Below the pieces are notes generated by a model. The model ran no database searches. It worked only from the letters and a program-made list of their open reading frames with translations, and was not told the DNA's origin. Shown here one piece after another: positions 40,200 through 50,006 of a stretch of 64,000 bases of DNA (positions are counted from its first letter, which is position 1; each line of letters begins with the position of its first letter). Source of the stretch: an uncultured Planctomycetota bacterium (GTDB lineage Bacteria; Planctomycetota; UBA11346); contig CAIUVD010000326.1 in the NCBI GenBank assembly GCA_903902515.1, positions 2,350 through 66,349 of the forward strand, in the 5' to 3' direction. Position numbers and translations under genes: made by a program.

Positions 40200-41417
40200 T
40201 TAGAACAGCACCTGGTGCTGAACGGTCACGAAGCGGGCCAGACCCTCATCGTTCAGGGCACGGGCCTGATTGAAGGCCACCTGGGTCTTATTCTTATGGC
40301 CGTTCCAGTAGGTGTTGAACACCACACCCCATTCGGTGCCGGACACGCCACCATCCTTGCCGAACTCACCATTGGGATAGAGGTCGGGGCTCTTGCTGGC
40401 AGCGCTGTTGGCGGCCACCGTGGGATCGCCGCTGATCTGGTCGGCGCGCTGGACGCGCAGGCCAGGCTCAATTACTATACCGGCTTCGAGGGGCACGGCG
40501 TAGGCAGCCGTAGCGGACCAGAAGCGAGCTTCCTTGCGGGTGGTGTCGGTAGTGGTGGCGCTAACGGCCGTCGCGTCCTGGGTGCGCAGGCGGTACTCAG
40601 CCAGGAAGGACAGGCCATCCAGGTGGTACTGGAAGTCTGGCCCGACGATGACCGTGGTGGTGCGGGCATTGGCCGCCGTGTAGGCGTCACCATTGCGAGC
40701 AGCCTCAAAACCGATGATTGCGTGGTGGCCAGGGGCACCAGCGAAGGACTCTAGCTTTTTCGCCGGAAGCAAACCGCCCTCGATGCGCGCGCTCGTGCGG
40801 GTGCCATTCTGACGGTTAGCTTCGTTGCCCGCAGGACCCGCAATCGTGGTCTTGTCAGCGGAGGTGTTGTTCTGAAGATCGACACCGAAACGGACGTACT
40901 CGTGGCTCAGGCGGTAGGCGATGCCGGGGCTGCGGGCGCCAAAGCTGTCGGAGACGTTGCCAGTCACTCGGTCGGACGGGAAGATCAGAGTCGAGCTGCT
41001 GATGGCCGCTTCATTGTTGAAGGACTTGTCGAGACCCAGCTTGATCTCGTGCTCGATCTCGCCGGTCTTGAACGCGCGGCCAACGTAGGCGTAGTAGAGC
41101 TGAACGGCACTGCTGGTCTCGGTGGCGGCCAGGTTGTTGGGCTCACCGGCGCGGACGGTCACGTTGCCGGACCAACCGTCGCTGGTCTTGGCGGACATGG
41201 CAATTCGGGCGCGGCGGATGCCGAAACGAGCGTACTCAGCGTTGCCATTCTGGCTACGGAGCATATCGTAGTTGTCACCGTCGGCATTGGTGGCGTAGTT
41301 TCCGAACAGGGCGCGGGCCTGGACAATACCCCCGACCTTGACGGTAAAATCTTCCGCACCCATGGCCGGGACGGCAACACAGGCGAGGACGGCGAGGGTG
41401 GGTGCAAGGTGCTTCAC
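40200..41417 (-). CDS. Outer-membrane porin (OprO/OprP-like phosphate-selective family)
   Basis: Signal peptide; GGIVQAR, FGIRRARI, LYYAYV and YWNGHKNKTQ motifs; terminal Phe. Confidence 0.72.
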   Translation of the reverse strand: MKHLAPTLAVLACVAVPAMGAEDFTVKVGGIVQARALFGNYATNADGDNYDMLRSQNGNAEYARFGIRRARIAMSAKTSDGWSGNVTVRAGEPNNLAATETSSAVQLYYAYVGRAFKTGEIEHEIKLGLDKSFNNEAAISSSTLIFPSDRVTGNVSDSFGARSPGIAYRLSHEYVRFGVDLQNNTSADKTTIAGPAGNEANRQNGTRTSARIEGGLLPAKKLESFAGAPGHHAIIGFEAARNGDAYTAANARTTTVIVGPDFQYHLDGLSFLAEYRLRTQDATAVSATTTDTTRKEARFWSATAAYAVPLEAGIVIEPGLRVQRADQISGDPTVAANSAASKSPDLYPNGEFGKDGGVSGTEWGVVFNTYWNGHKNKTQVAFNQARALNDEGLARFVTVQHQVLF

Positions 41418-41698
41418 GGGGTGATCTCCACAGGAGGGGCGGCCTTTGGGGGCCTTGGTGATGACGAGGGATCCTGATGCCCTCCATGAGGTTTTCGTGA
41501 AGAGCAGGCCAATCTCAAGTTAATGGTTTACACGTCAAACCATGCCAATGGACATGGAGGAATCCCTCGTAAGGGCAAATACTTCCGTCATGTCGGTCCG
41601 CGCCATCGCGTCGTGCCGTTCCTGGGGCCATACGGTATTCCAGCTCGTCCGTATGAGACCGCCCCGCCAACCTGGGCAGGCCCCGAACGGACCGAGGC

Positions 41699-42841
41699 TT
41701 AGGGGGTCGCCGGAGCCAGCTTATACATCTCGGACGCCGCCAGCAGGAACGCTCCTTGGGTGTAGTTGATGGAGGACTCCGGCTTCACCCGACCGGGTTT
41801 TTCTGCAACGGCCTGGGCGTATCCCACCATGCCGTCGGGCGTGACACAGGTTTGCAGCCCCGCCCAGGCTTTCAGGGCCGGGGCCAGGGCCCATTCCCTG
41901 GACAACCATCCACGATTCACGCCCGCCAGCAGGCCGAAGCAGAAGAAACTGGTGCCGCTGCTTTCTTTTTCGGGGTACCAAGTCGGCTCATTCAAGCTGG
42001 TGCGCCACAGGCCATCATCCCCTTGGTAGGGCAGGATGCCCTCGGTCATGTCCTGGAACAGTTTGAGGTAGTCGGCCCGCCGGGGATCTGTGCTCGGCAG
42101 GGTGTCGAGGATCCGCACCAATCCGGCGTAGACCCACCCATTCCCGCGGCTCCAATAGACCTTCTGGCCGCCCGGGGTCCGCTGGTCGAAATAGCGGGCA
42201 TCGCGCAAAAACAGCCGGTCCCCGGGGACGTACAGGTGCTCTACCGTATCCCAATACAGTCGATGCAGCAGCGCAAGGTAGCGGGCATCACCCGTGGCGG
42301 CAGCGAGGCGGGTGAGGACGGGCGGGGCCATGTACAGGGCATCCGCCCACCACCAGACGTGGCGACCTTGGAATGGCCGCACCTGGTCACCCGCAGTGGG
42401 ATTATCGGCTTCCCCGCGGGCGATGGTCGTTTTGGCGAAATAGGCCTCAAGTTTCCTTCGAATATCCGCAATGCGAACCGGATCCGCCTGTAGATCGTTC
42501 AATTCGAGATAACATTGGGCGACGCAAATATCATCGGCATGGAAGGGCTTCCCGGTCACCTTCCATCCCGCCTTTTCGGCCCATGCGCGAGCGGGTTCCG
42601 CGAACCGGGCATCGCCCGTGGTCCGGAAGGCCGCCAGGGCCCCCGTGAGGAAGGTCCCGGTCTTCCAGTCCGGGGGCGTCGTGGGTCCGAATTGCTGGAA
42701 TTGGAACCCGGCCACCCGATGCATGAGGGCCGTGAGTTCCGCCCGATCCGGTCGGGTGGCATCGGCGGCGGGAAGGGTGACGAGAAGACCCGTCAGGAGG
42801 AGCACCAGGCTGAGCGGTCGGAAGCAAGCGTGGGTGATCAT
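41699..42841 (-). CDS. Unsaturated glucuronyl/rhamnogalacturonyl hydrolase (GH88/GH105, YteR-like)
   Basis: HADD, WWWADALYMAPP, WSRGNGW, DGLW and ESSGTS; signal peptide. Confidence 0.88.
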   Translation of the reverse strand: MITHACFRPLSLVLLLTGLLVTLPAADATRPDRAELTALMHRVAGFQFQQFGPTTPPDWKTGTFLTGALAAFRTTGDARFAEPARAWAEKAGWKVTGKPFHADDICVAQCYLELNDLQADPVRIADIRRKLEAYFAKTTIARGEADNPTAGDQVRPFQGRHVWWWADALYMAPPVLTRLAAATGDARYLALLHRLYWDTVEHLYVPGDRLFLRDARYFDQRTPGGQKVYWSRGNGWVYAGLVRILDTLPSTDPRRADYLKLFQDMTEGILPYQGDDGLWRTSLNEPTWYPEKESSGTSFFCFGLLAGVNRGWLSREWALAPALKAWAGLQTCVTPDGMVGYAQAVAEKPGRVKPESSINYTQGAFLLAASEMYKLAPATP

Positions 42842-43045
42842 TTTTTCAGGTTTGGAACGCTTCAAAAGACTGCAATCGCGAGCGCACTTCCCGCCAGTGG
42901 CGGGTTGATACGGGACATAGGGATCGTGAGCCAGCGGGTAGTGGTTTTCTCAAGACGACACGCCCACGCTGCCGCCACACCCGAACACCACGGATTCCGC
43001 CCGTGTCCGGTCCCCGACCCCCCACGCGCCGAAGGGTCATGCAGG

Positions 43046-44209
43046 TCAGCCGATCAGCTTGCGGTACTCCTCAACGGCGTACCGGTCAGTCATCCCGCTC
43101 AGGTAATCGACGACCACCCGTTGGGCGCCCGCAACGGGGATGCGGGCCGCAAATTCCGGCGGCAGGGCGTCCTCGTGCTGGATGTAAAATCGGAATAAGT
43201 CGGCCAGCATGGCTTTGGCCCGGTGAAAGGTGCGGTTGACCTGATAATGCCGGTAGAGATTGGCGAAAAGCCACGCCTCTAAGCCTTCCTTGGCGTCACG
43301 CATCTGGGCCCCAAGCCCGACCACCTGGTCGGGGCAGGCGCGGATCCCGTTCACGGTCGTCAGGCCCCGGGCCATCAGGGAGGCCCGGGTGTTGGTCACC
43401 AGATTATTGACCAGGCTGTCCATTAAGCGGCGGACCGCGCGATCCACCAGCAGGCGCTCCGGCGTGGACCGAGGACTGGCATCAATGGCCTCCTGCCAAG
43501 CACCGCGCCACAGGGAAACCTCCTGCAGGGCGTCGAGGGTCAGAAACCCCGAACGCAGGCCGTCATCCACGTCGTGACAGTCGTAGACCACGGAGTCCAG
43601 TTCATCAACAAGCTGGGCTTCCAAGAGGGGCGATTCCTCGGGGTGGAAGCGGTCCGGAACCCGGGAGCGGTCGTAGTGGGCCGAGTGCTTGATGATACTT
43701 TCCCGGACCTCGTAGGACAGATTCAGCCCGGGAAACTCCGGATAACGAACCTCCAATTCCTCAACAATCCGCAGGCCCTGGCGGTTGTGCTCGAAACCGC
43801 CGTGCTCGGCCAGTAGTTCATCGAGCATCGTCTCGCCCTGATGGCCGAAGGGCGGGTGGCCCACATCGTGGACCAGGGCCACGCACTCGACCAGATCCTC
43901 ATTGAGGTGGAGGCGGCGGGCTGCCGAGCGGGCCAACTGGGCCACTTCGATGGTGTGGGTCAGGCGATTACGAAAGTGGTCGCCCTGGTCCCAGGTGAAC
44001 ACCTGGGTCTTGTGTTGCAGACGGCGAAAAGCCCGACTGTGGACAATGCGATCGCGGTCCCGGGCGAACTCTCCCCGTTCCGGATCCGCATCGTGGCCGT
44101 GGACACGGCCCCGGGAGTTCCCATCGCGAAATCCGATACGAATCGGACTCAGACGGCCGACAAAAGGCCGGTCGTGGCGTTCCTCCAGGAAGTCGGCGAA
44201 GTGGTTCAC
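43046..44209 (-). CDS. dgt: Deoxyguanosinetriphosphate triphosphohydrolase-like HD protein
   Basis: RDRDRIVHSRAFRRLQHKTQVF, RLTHTIEV, HDVGHPPFGH and DYLSGMTD. Confidence 0.93.
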   Translation of the reverse strand: MNHFADFLEERHDRPFVGRLSPIRIGFRDGNSRGRVHGHDADPERGEFARDRDRIVHSRAFRRLQHKTQVFTWDQGDHFRNRLTHTIEVAQLARSAARRLHLNEDLVECVALVHDVGHPPFGHQGETMLDELLAEHGGFEHNRQGLRIVEELEVRYPEFPGLNLSYEVRESIIKHSAHYDRSRVPDRFHPEESPLLEAQLVDELDSVVYDCHDVDDGLRSGFLTLDALQEVSLWRGAWQEAIDASPRSTPERLLVDRAVRRLMDSLVNNLVTNTRASLMARGLTTVNGIRACPDQVVGLGAQMRDAKEGLEAWLFANLYRHYQVNRTFHRAKAMLADLFRFYIQHEDALPPEFAARIPVAGAQRVVVDYLSGMTDRYAVEEYRKLIG

Positions 44210-44856
44210 GGAGCGATCGATTCCGCCCAGCGCAGGAAGGCCGCCGGGTCCGCATCCTTAAAGAAGGCATTGCCACACACCAAACGGTCGGCGCCGTCGG
44301 CCACCACCAACGGAATGGTTTGGCGATTAATACCCCCATCGACCTGGATGGGCAGGTGGGGGAAGGCTTGGCGGGTGGCGCGGATGCGCTGACGTACCTG
44401 GGGGATGAAGGACTGGCCGCCAAATCCGGGATAGACGGTCATGAACATCACCAGATCGACCTGGGCAAAATGCGGGAACCACAGTTCCGGGTCGGTATCC
44501 GGATTGAGCGCCAGGCCGACCTGGGCGCCGGTGGCGCGCACCCGCTCGATGGCCTGGGCCATGGTCCGGGGGCCGACGGCCTCGACGTGGATGGTGATGG
44601 CATCGGCCCCGGCGGCTCGGAAATCGTCAACGTACCGCAGGGGATCGGTCATCATCAAATGGACATCGAGGTGCAGCCGAGTGCTGCGGCGCAGGGCCTC
44701 GACGATGAATGGGCCGAAGGTCAGGTTGGGGACGAAGTGGGCATCCATCACATCCAGATGGAGGACCGACGCGCCGGCGGCCTCGCAGCGGGCGCATTCG
44801 TCGGCGAGGTGGGCAAAGTCGGCGGATAAGAGACTGGGAAGGACGCGGACGGGCAT
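44206..44856 (-). CDS. rpe: Ribulose-phosphate 3-epimerase
   Basis: PSLLSADF, HLDVMDAHFVPNLTFG, DVHLM, MTVYPGFGGQSF and VDGGIN. Confidence 0.96.
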   Translation of the reverse strand: MPVRVLPSLLSADFAHLADECARCEAAGASVLHLDVMDAHFVPNLTFGPFIVEALRRSTRLHLDVHLMMTDPLRYVDDFRAAGADAITIHVEAVGPRTMAQAIERVRATGAQVGLALNPDTDPELWFPHFAQVDLVMFMTVYPGFGGQSFIPQVRQRIRATRQAFPHLPIQVDGGINRQTIPLVVADGADRLVCGNAFFKDADPAAFLRWAESIAP

Positions 44857-44902
44857 GGCCGGGGATGCTAGACGGGATCGGCGAGACGCCAGACTGCCGC
44901 CC

Positions 44903-45745
44903 GTGCGCCGCCTGCTTCTGGTCCTGGTCGTCCTCCTGGGCGTGATTGCCCTCACGGGCTTGCGCTGGTCGCCGCGCACCCCCTCGAGTGTGGTCGAAGT
45001 CGTCTGCGGGTGGAATGCCGACCGCACCCAGCCGGAGGACCGGCTTTTGCCGCCCCTGGCCGTGCGGAAGGACGGCTCCCGGGTGGTCCTCGGCACGGAT
45101 GAATTAGGCCGACCCCTGGGCCTGCGCCTGTGGCTGGCCCTGGGCACCAGCCTGGCCATCGCCGGGGCCGGCGCCCTGGTGGCGGTGGCCCTGGGTACCG
45201 CCATCGGGACGGCGGCGGGGCTGGCCGGGGGGCGGATCGACGGAGTCCTGATGCGGATCACCGAGGTCACGGCGGGCGTTCCGGCGGTGCTGCTCATCAT
45301 GGTCCTGGTGGCGGCCCTGCGGGATTGGGGGGCGTGGCTGCTGTTTGCAGGGATGGGCCTGCTGTTCTGGCAGTCCATCGCCCGGCTGGTGCGGGCCCGG
45401 GTGCTGCGTCTGAAGTCGGAACCCTATGTCGAAGCGGCCCGGGCCCTGGGGGCCCCGGCGTGGCACCGCATCCGTCGCCATGTGCTGCCGGGGGTCTGGC
45501 CGACCGTCGGCACCGCCGGAACCTTGCTGCTGCCGCGCCTGATTCTGCTCGAAAGCCTGGTCGCCTACCTCGGGGTCAGCGGCGATGCGACGCCCCACAG
45601 TTTCGGCCGGATCATCGCTGGCATCACCGCCACCCTGACCCCCCTCTCGCCGTCCTGGTGGCCGGTCATCGTGCCATGCGTGGCTTTGGCCTGCGCTGTG
45701 CTGGTGATCAATCTCGCGCTGGATCAGGATGACCTGACCCGTTGA
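44903..45745 (+). CDS. Peptide/nickel ABC transporter permease (OppC/DppC-like)
   Basis: LGTDELGR, ARLVRA, YVEAARALGA (EAA loop) and RHVLP; start codon uncertain (44855 or 44903). Confidence 0.85.
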   Translation: MRRLLLVLVVLLGVIALTGLRWSPRTPSSVVEVVCGWNADRTQPEDRLLPPLAVRKDGSRVVLGTDELGRPLGLRLWLALGTSLAIAGAGALVAVALGTAIGTAAGLAGGRIDGVLMRITEVTAGVPAVLLIMVLVAALRDWGAWLLFAGMGLLFWQSIARLVRARVLRLKSEPYVEAARALGAPAWHRIRRHVLPGVWPTVGTAGTLLLPRLILLESLVAYLGVSGDATPHSFGRIIAGITATLTPLSPSWWPVIVPCVALACAVLVINLALDQDDLTR

Positions 45746-45796
45746 CCTACCCCCGTCAGGGCCTTCACTACCCTGAACATCCTGCAGGAGCATCCC

Positions 45797-46114
45797 ATGG
45801 CCGCTGAATTCACCGATTCCAACTTCGACGCCGAAGTCCTCAAGAGCGACAAGCCCGTGCTGGTCGACTTCTGGGCCCCGTGGTGCGGCCCCTGCAAAAT
45901 GGTCGGCCCGATCGTTGAAAAGCTGGCCAAGGAACTCGAAGGCTCCTTCAAGATCGGCAAGCTGAACGTCGACGAGAGCACCGCCGTGGCCACCGAGTAC
46001 GGCATCCAATCGATTCCGACCATGATCCTGTTCAAGGGCGGCAAGCCCGTGGCCCAGACCATGGGCTTCCAGCCGGAGCCCAAGCTCCGTGCCTTCCTCG
46101 ACGCCAACAAGTAA
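45797..46114 (+). CDS. trxA: Thioredoxin
   Basis: DFWAPWCGPC and SIPT. Confidence 0.96.
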   Translation: MAAEFTDSNFDAEVLKSDKPVLVDFWAPWCGPCKMVGPIVEKLAKELEGSFKIGKLNVDESTAVATEYGIQSIPTMILFKGGKPVAQTMGFQPEPKLRAFLDANK

Positions 46115-46116
46115 GC

Positions 46117-46890
46117 ATGGCGACGTCGACGATCGGGGTCGGGAGCTTTGCTCCCGGCCCCGATGGTTTTTTCCAGGTACCCCTGGAACGCACGATCCTC
46201 AAGCGCCGCTACCAGCGTTTCCTGGCGGACGTGGAACGGGCCGACGGGTCCGTGGTGACGGTCCACGTCCCCAACACCGGCAGCATGGCGACCCTCAACC
46301 ACCCCGGTTGCGGGGCGTGGATCGCGGCGGCCGCTAATCCGAACCGGAAGCTGCCCTGGACCCTGACCCTGGTAGAGACCCCCAGCGGGGGCCTAGCAGT
46401 GGTCGATACCCAATGGCCCAATCGCTTGGTGGCGGCGGCGATTGCCGTGGGCCGGGTCCCAACCCTGGCGGGATATCCGATCCTGCGCCGGGAAGTCACC
46501 TTCGGTACCCGGGGCAGCCGGGTAGACATCGTCCTTTCCGGGCATGCCACCGCCCCCGAGGCGCTGATTGAGGTCAAAAATGTTACGATGCTGGGGGCCC
46601 CCGGGCGGGCCGATTTCCCGGATGCGGTCAGCACCCGGGGTCAAAAGCACCTCGCAGAATTGACCGATGTGGCCCAGGCCGGTGGGGTGGCGGTGCAATT
46701 CTATCTCGTCGACCGCACCGATTGTCACGCCGCCGGCATCGCCGCCGGGATCGATCCCGCCTACGCCGCTGCAGCGAACGTGGCCAAGGCTGCTGGGGTC
46801 CGCTTCCTAGCCCATCGGGTCGAAATTCGACCCATGGAAAGCGGTTTTGCCCTGGGCCTGGGCCCCGAGGTACCGGTCCTTACTTCGTGA
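46117..46890 (+). CDS. sfsA: DNA/RNA nuclease SfsA
   Basis: RYQRFLADV, HVPNTGSM, SRVD, IEVKNVT and FPDAVSTRGQKHL. Confidence 0.92.
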   Translation: MATSTIGVGSFAPGPDGFFQVPLERTILKRRYQRFLADVERADGSVVTVHVPNTGSMATLNHPGCGAWIAAAANPNRKLPWTLTLVETPSGGLAVVDTQWPNRLVAAAIAVGRVPTLAGYPILRREVTFGTRGSRVDIVLSGHATAPEALIEVKNVTMLGAPGRADFPDAVSTRGQKHLAELTDVAQAGGVAVQFYLVDRTDCHAAGIAAGIDPAYAAAANVAKAAGVRFLAHRVEIRPMESGFALGLGPEVPVLTS

Positions 46891-47449
46891 CTTTGGGCTT
46901 TAGGCAGAGTTCCTTGGGCCGGCCGCTAAAACCGCCGTCACCCATTTGATCGAACACCCGGACCACGATCCGATTGGGGCCCGCCTTCAGAAGGCCCGGC
47001 GGGACCGTATACACCCGCCGGAACGCCCAGAAGCCTGGTCGACTTTTATCGGTGCTGCCCACGATTTCGCCATTAATCCACGTCGTATCGAAATCATCAA
47101 TGGAACTGAGGCTCAACTCCCAGGGTTGGTTACCTGGCGAAGGAACCTCAAACGTGCGCCAGAAAACCGCCTCGCCGTCAAATTTGGTCCAGGGGTCTCC
47201 ATAGCTAGTCCAACTCATAGGGACGGTGCGGGACTGGATCTGCTCCGGGGCAGGGTCCTGGCCGCCCGCAATCTGCTTAGCCGCCACTGAAATCCCGGGA
47301 TCAGCCGCCACTCCAGCGTTCTGTTCCCGGGAAACCGGGGCGGTGATCGCGACCTGCCAGGTGCCCGCCAAAGGGATCGCAGAGGACTCCTCCGCCGACA
47401 GCGTCAAAGGAAGCGCAAGCAGCGCGAGAGGAAGGAACGATCGCTTCAT
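46880..47449 (-). CDS. Secreted stand-alone galactose-binding-like (GH2-type jelly-roll) domain protein
   Basis: Signal peptide; DG..FWRTF.VP, IDDFDTTWING..VG, R.Y.VP..LLK.G.N.IVVRVFD..G.GG. Confidence 0.7.
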   Translation of the reverse strand: MKRSFLPLALLALPLTLSAEESSAIPLAGTWQVAITAPVSREQNAGVAADPGISVAAKQIAGGQDPAPEQIQSRTVPMSWTSYGDPWTKFDGEAVFWRTFEVPSPGNQPWELSLSSIDDFDTTWINGEIVGSTDKSRPGFWAFRRVYTVPPGLLKAGPNRIVVRVFDQMGDGGFSGRPKELCLKPKVTK

Positions 47450-48696
47450 GGATATTCATGATGTACGGAGGAAGGGGCACCGCGTTGATCCCCTCGGACC
47501 AGGAACAGGAGCAACAAACCGGGGACAGCGGCCACGGTCGTAAAAATGAAAAAGCCGGTCCAATCCAACTGGTAGGTGGCTTTGCAGGCACCCGCAGAAC
47601 TGGCCAAGACATCCCGGCCGGCAGCCACCAGACTGGAAAGCAGGGCGTATTGGGTCGCGGCAAAGGCCGGGGAACATTCCTGGGACAGGAATGCAACGAA
47701 GGCCGCCGTTCCGAGGCCAGCCGTCAGGTTTTCGATCGTCAGGACCATCATCAGCCCCGGCACCCCACCCCCCCAGGCCGCCAAACCCGCATAGGCGAGG
47801 TTCGAAAGCGCCTGGGCGATGCCAAAGACCATCAAACACGGGAGCAGTCCATAGCGAAGCAAGGCTGCCCCACCGGCCACCACCCCGAAGGCCGTGGCCG
47901 CCAGACCAACCGTCCCCTGGACGGACCCCAGTTCCGTGGCCGAGAAGCCCGATCGGAGGACAAACGTGGTCGCCAGACTCCCCGCCAAAGCATCTCCAAG
48001 TTTGTAGAAAATGGCAAAGGCGGCGATGATCAGGGCCATCCGCCAACCGCGCCGCTGGTGATAGTCCCGCAAGGGCTCCACCACCGAGGCCACCCACCCC
48101 ACCGGCGGGGCACACGAGACAGGCTCCCGGACCAGCATTGCCGCCAGCACCCCCACCGCCTGCAACGCCGCCATGATCAGGTACGTGGTCGGCCAGGACA
48201 GGTGATCCGCGAGGATGAAGCCCAGTCCTCCCGTCAGCAGCAAGGCGAGCCGATAGCCCAGGACCCCTGCCGCCGCACCAGCACCCTGGGCTTCGGGGGG
48301 CAGGCTCTCCACGCGCAGGGCATCCACGGCCACATCCTGGGTGGCCGACAGCAATGCCACCAGCACCGCAGTCCCCATGAGCAGGGTCAGATCCCCCTCA
48401 GGAGCCCCCCGGGCCATAGCCGCTAGGGCCAGACAGAGACCACAGGCCATCAGGCCCAACCACCCCCGCCGTCGCCCCCCCGGGGGAACCAGGCGATCCA
48501 ACAGCGGCGACCACAGGAACTTGAGCGAATAGGGAAGGGCCACCAAGCCGACATAGCCGATGGCGACATCGCTCAGACCCTCGGTCGTCATCCACGCCTG
48601 CAGACATTTGCCGACCAGGAACAGGGGCAGTCCCGAGGAAATTCCCGCCAGAAACAGCACCAGAATCCGGCGGTCAAGATACGGGGAGACCGTCAT
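47446..48696 (-). CDS. ampG: AmpG-family muropeptide MFS permease
   Basis: SSGLP, LPYSLKFLWSPLLD, SATQDVAVDA, YKLGD and ATQYALLSS. Confidence 0.92.
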   Translation of the reverse strand: MTVSPYLDRRILVLFLAGISSGLPLFLVGKCLQAWMTTEGLSDVAIGYVGLVALPYSLKFLWSPLLDRLVPPGGRRRGWLGLMACGLCLALAAMARGAPEGDLTLLMGTAVLVALLSATQDVAVDALRVESLPPEAQGAGAAAGVLGYRLALLLTGGLGFILADHLSWPTTYLIMAALQAVGVLAAMLVREPVSCAPPVGWVASVVEPLRDYHQRRGWRMALIIAAFAIFYKLGDALAGSLATTFVLRSGFSATELGSVQGTVGLAATAFGVVAGGAALLRYGLLPCLMVFGIAQALSNLAYAGLAAWGGGVPGLMMVLTIENLTAGLGTAAFVAFLSQECSPAFAATQYALLSSLVAAGRDVLASSAGACKATYQLDWTGFFIFTTVAAVPGLLLLFLVRGDQRGAPSSVHHEYP

Positions 48697-48787
48697 GGGA
48701 AGGCATGACCGTAAGACCCCTGATCCCCGGTCCATCCCCAGGGATTGGGGCCTCCCAATTCCGGGCCATTCCCCACCATCACCGCCC

Positions 48788-49657
48788 ATGCGCCACGCTG
48801 GTATCGATGAAGCAGGCTATGGCCCCCTCCTCGGGCCGTTGGTGGTGGCCTCCACCGCCGCCGAGACCGATGACTGGGCGGCTTTCACATCCGCACTCCT
48901 CGCCCACGGCGTGCGAGACAGCAAATCCATCCACAAAACCGGCTCGCTCCTGCCCCTGGCTCGGGTGGTGGTCCCCGGGGTGCAATGGCTGACGGGCTTT
49001 CCCATCGAGACGGCCGCCGATTTGTTCGCGGTTCTCGGCGAAAAACCCGAGGACCGGGCCAATCTTCCGTGGCTGGCCGGGGCCGAGGAACTGCTCCTGC
49101 CCGATCTCCCGCCCTGGGACGATCTCCCGGCCATCCCCCGGGGCTGCGCCGGACACCTCGTGCAACCGAGCGTCTACAACGCGGAACGACGGGCGGGAAT
49201 CAACAAAGCGGATCTTGAATGGCGGCGGGTCGGGGACCTCTTGAGCCGGGTGGATGGGCGACCCCAGGACACGGTGGTCGACCGCCTCGGCGGCCGTCGC
49301 TATTACGCCGACCTCCTCAAGCTCCAATTTCCCGGCCTCCCGGTTACGATCCTGGAGGAAGCGAACCATCTCAGCCGCTACGATATCGCCGGTCACGCGG
49401 TGTCCTTTGCGGTCGGTGGCGAATCCGTCAGTCCCCTGACGGCCCTGGCCAGCTGCATCGCCAAGTACAGCCGCGAACTCCAGATGGAGTTGCTAAACCG
49501 CTTTTGGTGCGGAAAGCTGCCGTGGCTCAAACCCACCGCCGGATACCCGCAGGATGCCCGGCGCTGGCTGTACCAGGTCGGCCAAGGCCTGGCCGGGGGA
49601 TGGCGGGATGAGCTGGTACGTAACGATGGTGAGGATCTTCCATGGACACCCCCCTAA
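48788..49657 (+). CDS. Ribonuclease HII-like protein (divergent)
   Basis: GIDEAGYGPLLGPLVV, RDSK, ALASCIAKY.RE and TAGYP.D. Confidence 0.75.
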   Translation: MRHAGIDEAGYGPLLGPLVVASTAAETDDWAAFTSALLAHGVRDSKSIHKTGSLLPLARVVVPGVQWLTGFPIETAADLFAVLGEKPEDRANLPWLAGAEELLLPDLPPWDDLPAIPRGCAGHLVQPSVYNAERRAGINKADLEWRRVGDLLSRVDGRPQDTVVDRLGGRRYYADLLKLQFPGLPVTILEEANHLSRYDIAGHAVSFAVGGESVSPLTALASCIAKYSRELQMELLNRFWCGKLPWLKPTAGYPQDARRWLYQVGQGLAGGWRDELVRNDGEDLPWTPP

Positions 49658-49950
49658 CCCGTGACGCCCTGGCGAAAGCCCTCACGCAACTCCCCGGGTG
49701 GGCCCACGAGGACCACGCCCTGGTGGTGCGGTGGGTCTTCCCCTCCTTCGGCGCGGTCCTGGATTATCAGGCCGATGCCCGGGAGCCGATCGAATTGGCG
49801 GATCACCACCCGACGTGGTCCAACACCTACAACCGGCTGGAGATCCGCCTGACGACCCACAGCGCCGGCAATCGGGTGACCAGCAAGGACGTCGAACTTG
49901 CGAAAACCCTGACCTGGCTGGCGCAACATCACTTGGCCCGGGTGGCCTGA
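49642..49950 (+). CDS. phhB: Pterin-4-alpha-carbinolamine dehydratase
   Basis: DHHPTWSNTYNR, LTTHSAG and VTSKDVELA. Confidence 0.9.
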   Translation: MDTPLTRDALAKALTQLPGWAHEDHALVVRWVFPSFGAVLDYQADAREPIELADHHPTWSNTYNRLEIRLTTHSAGNRVTSKDVELAKTLTWLAQHHLARVA

Positions 49951-50006
49951 CCCGCGCATCGCGTTCAGGGCATCACCCGGGCCCGCGTCCCATGAAGGCG
50001 GCGCCT

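Noticed and set aside
43046..44209. dGTPase as an anti-phage gene
   Set aside because: Typical housekeeping Dgt-like sequence coupled to rpe, with core-genome composition and no defence context
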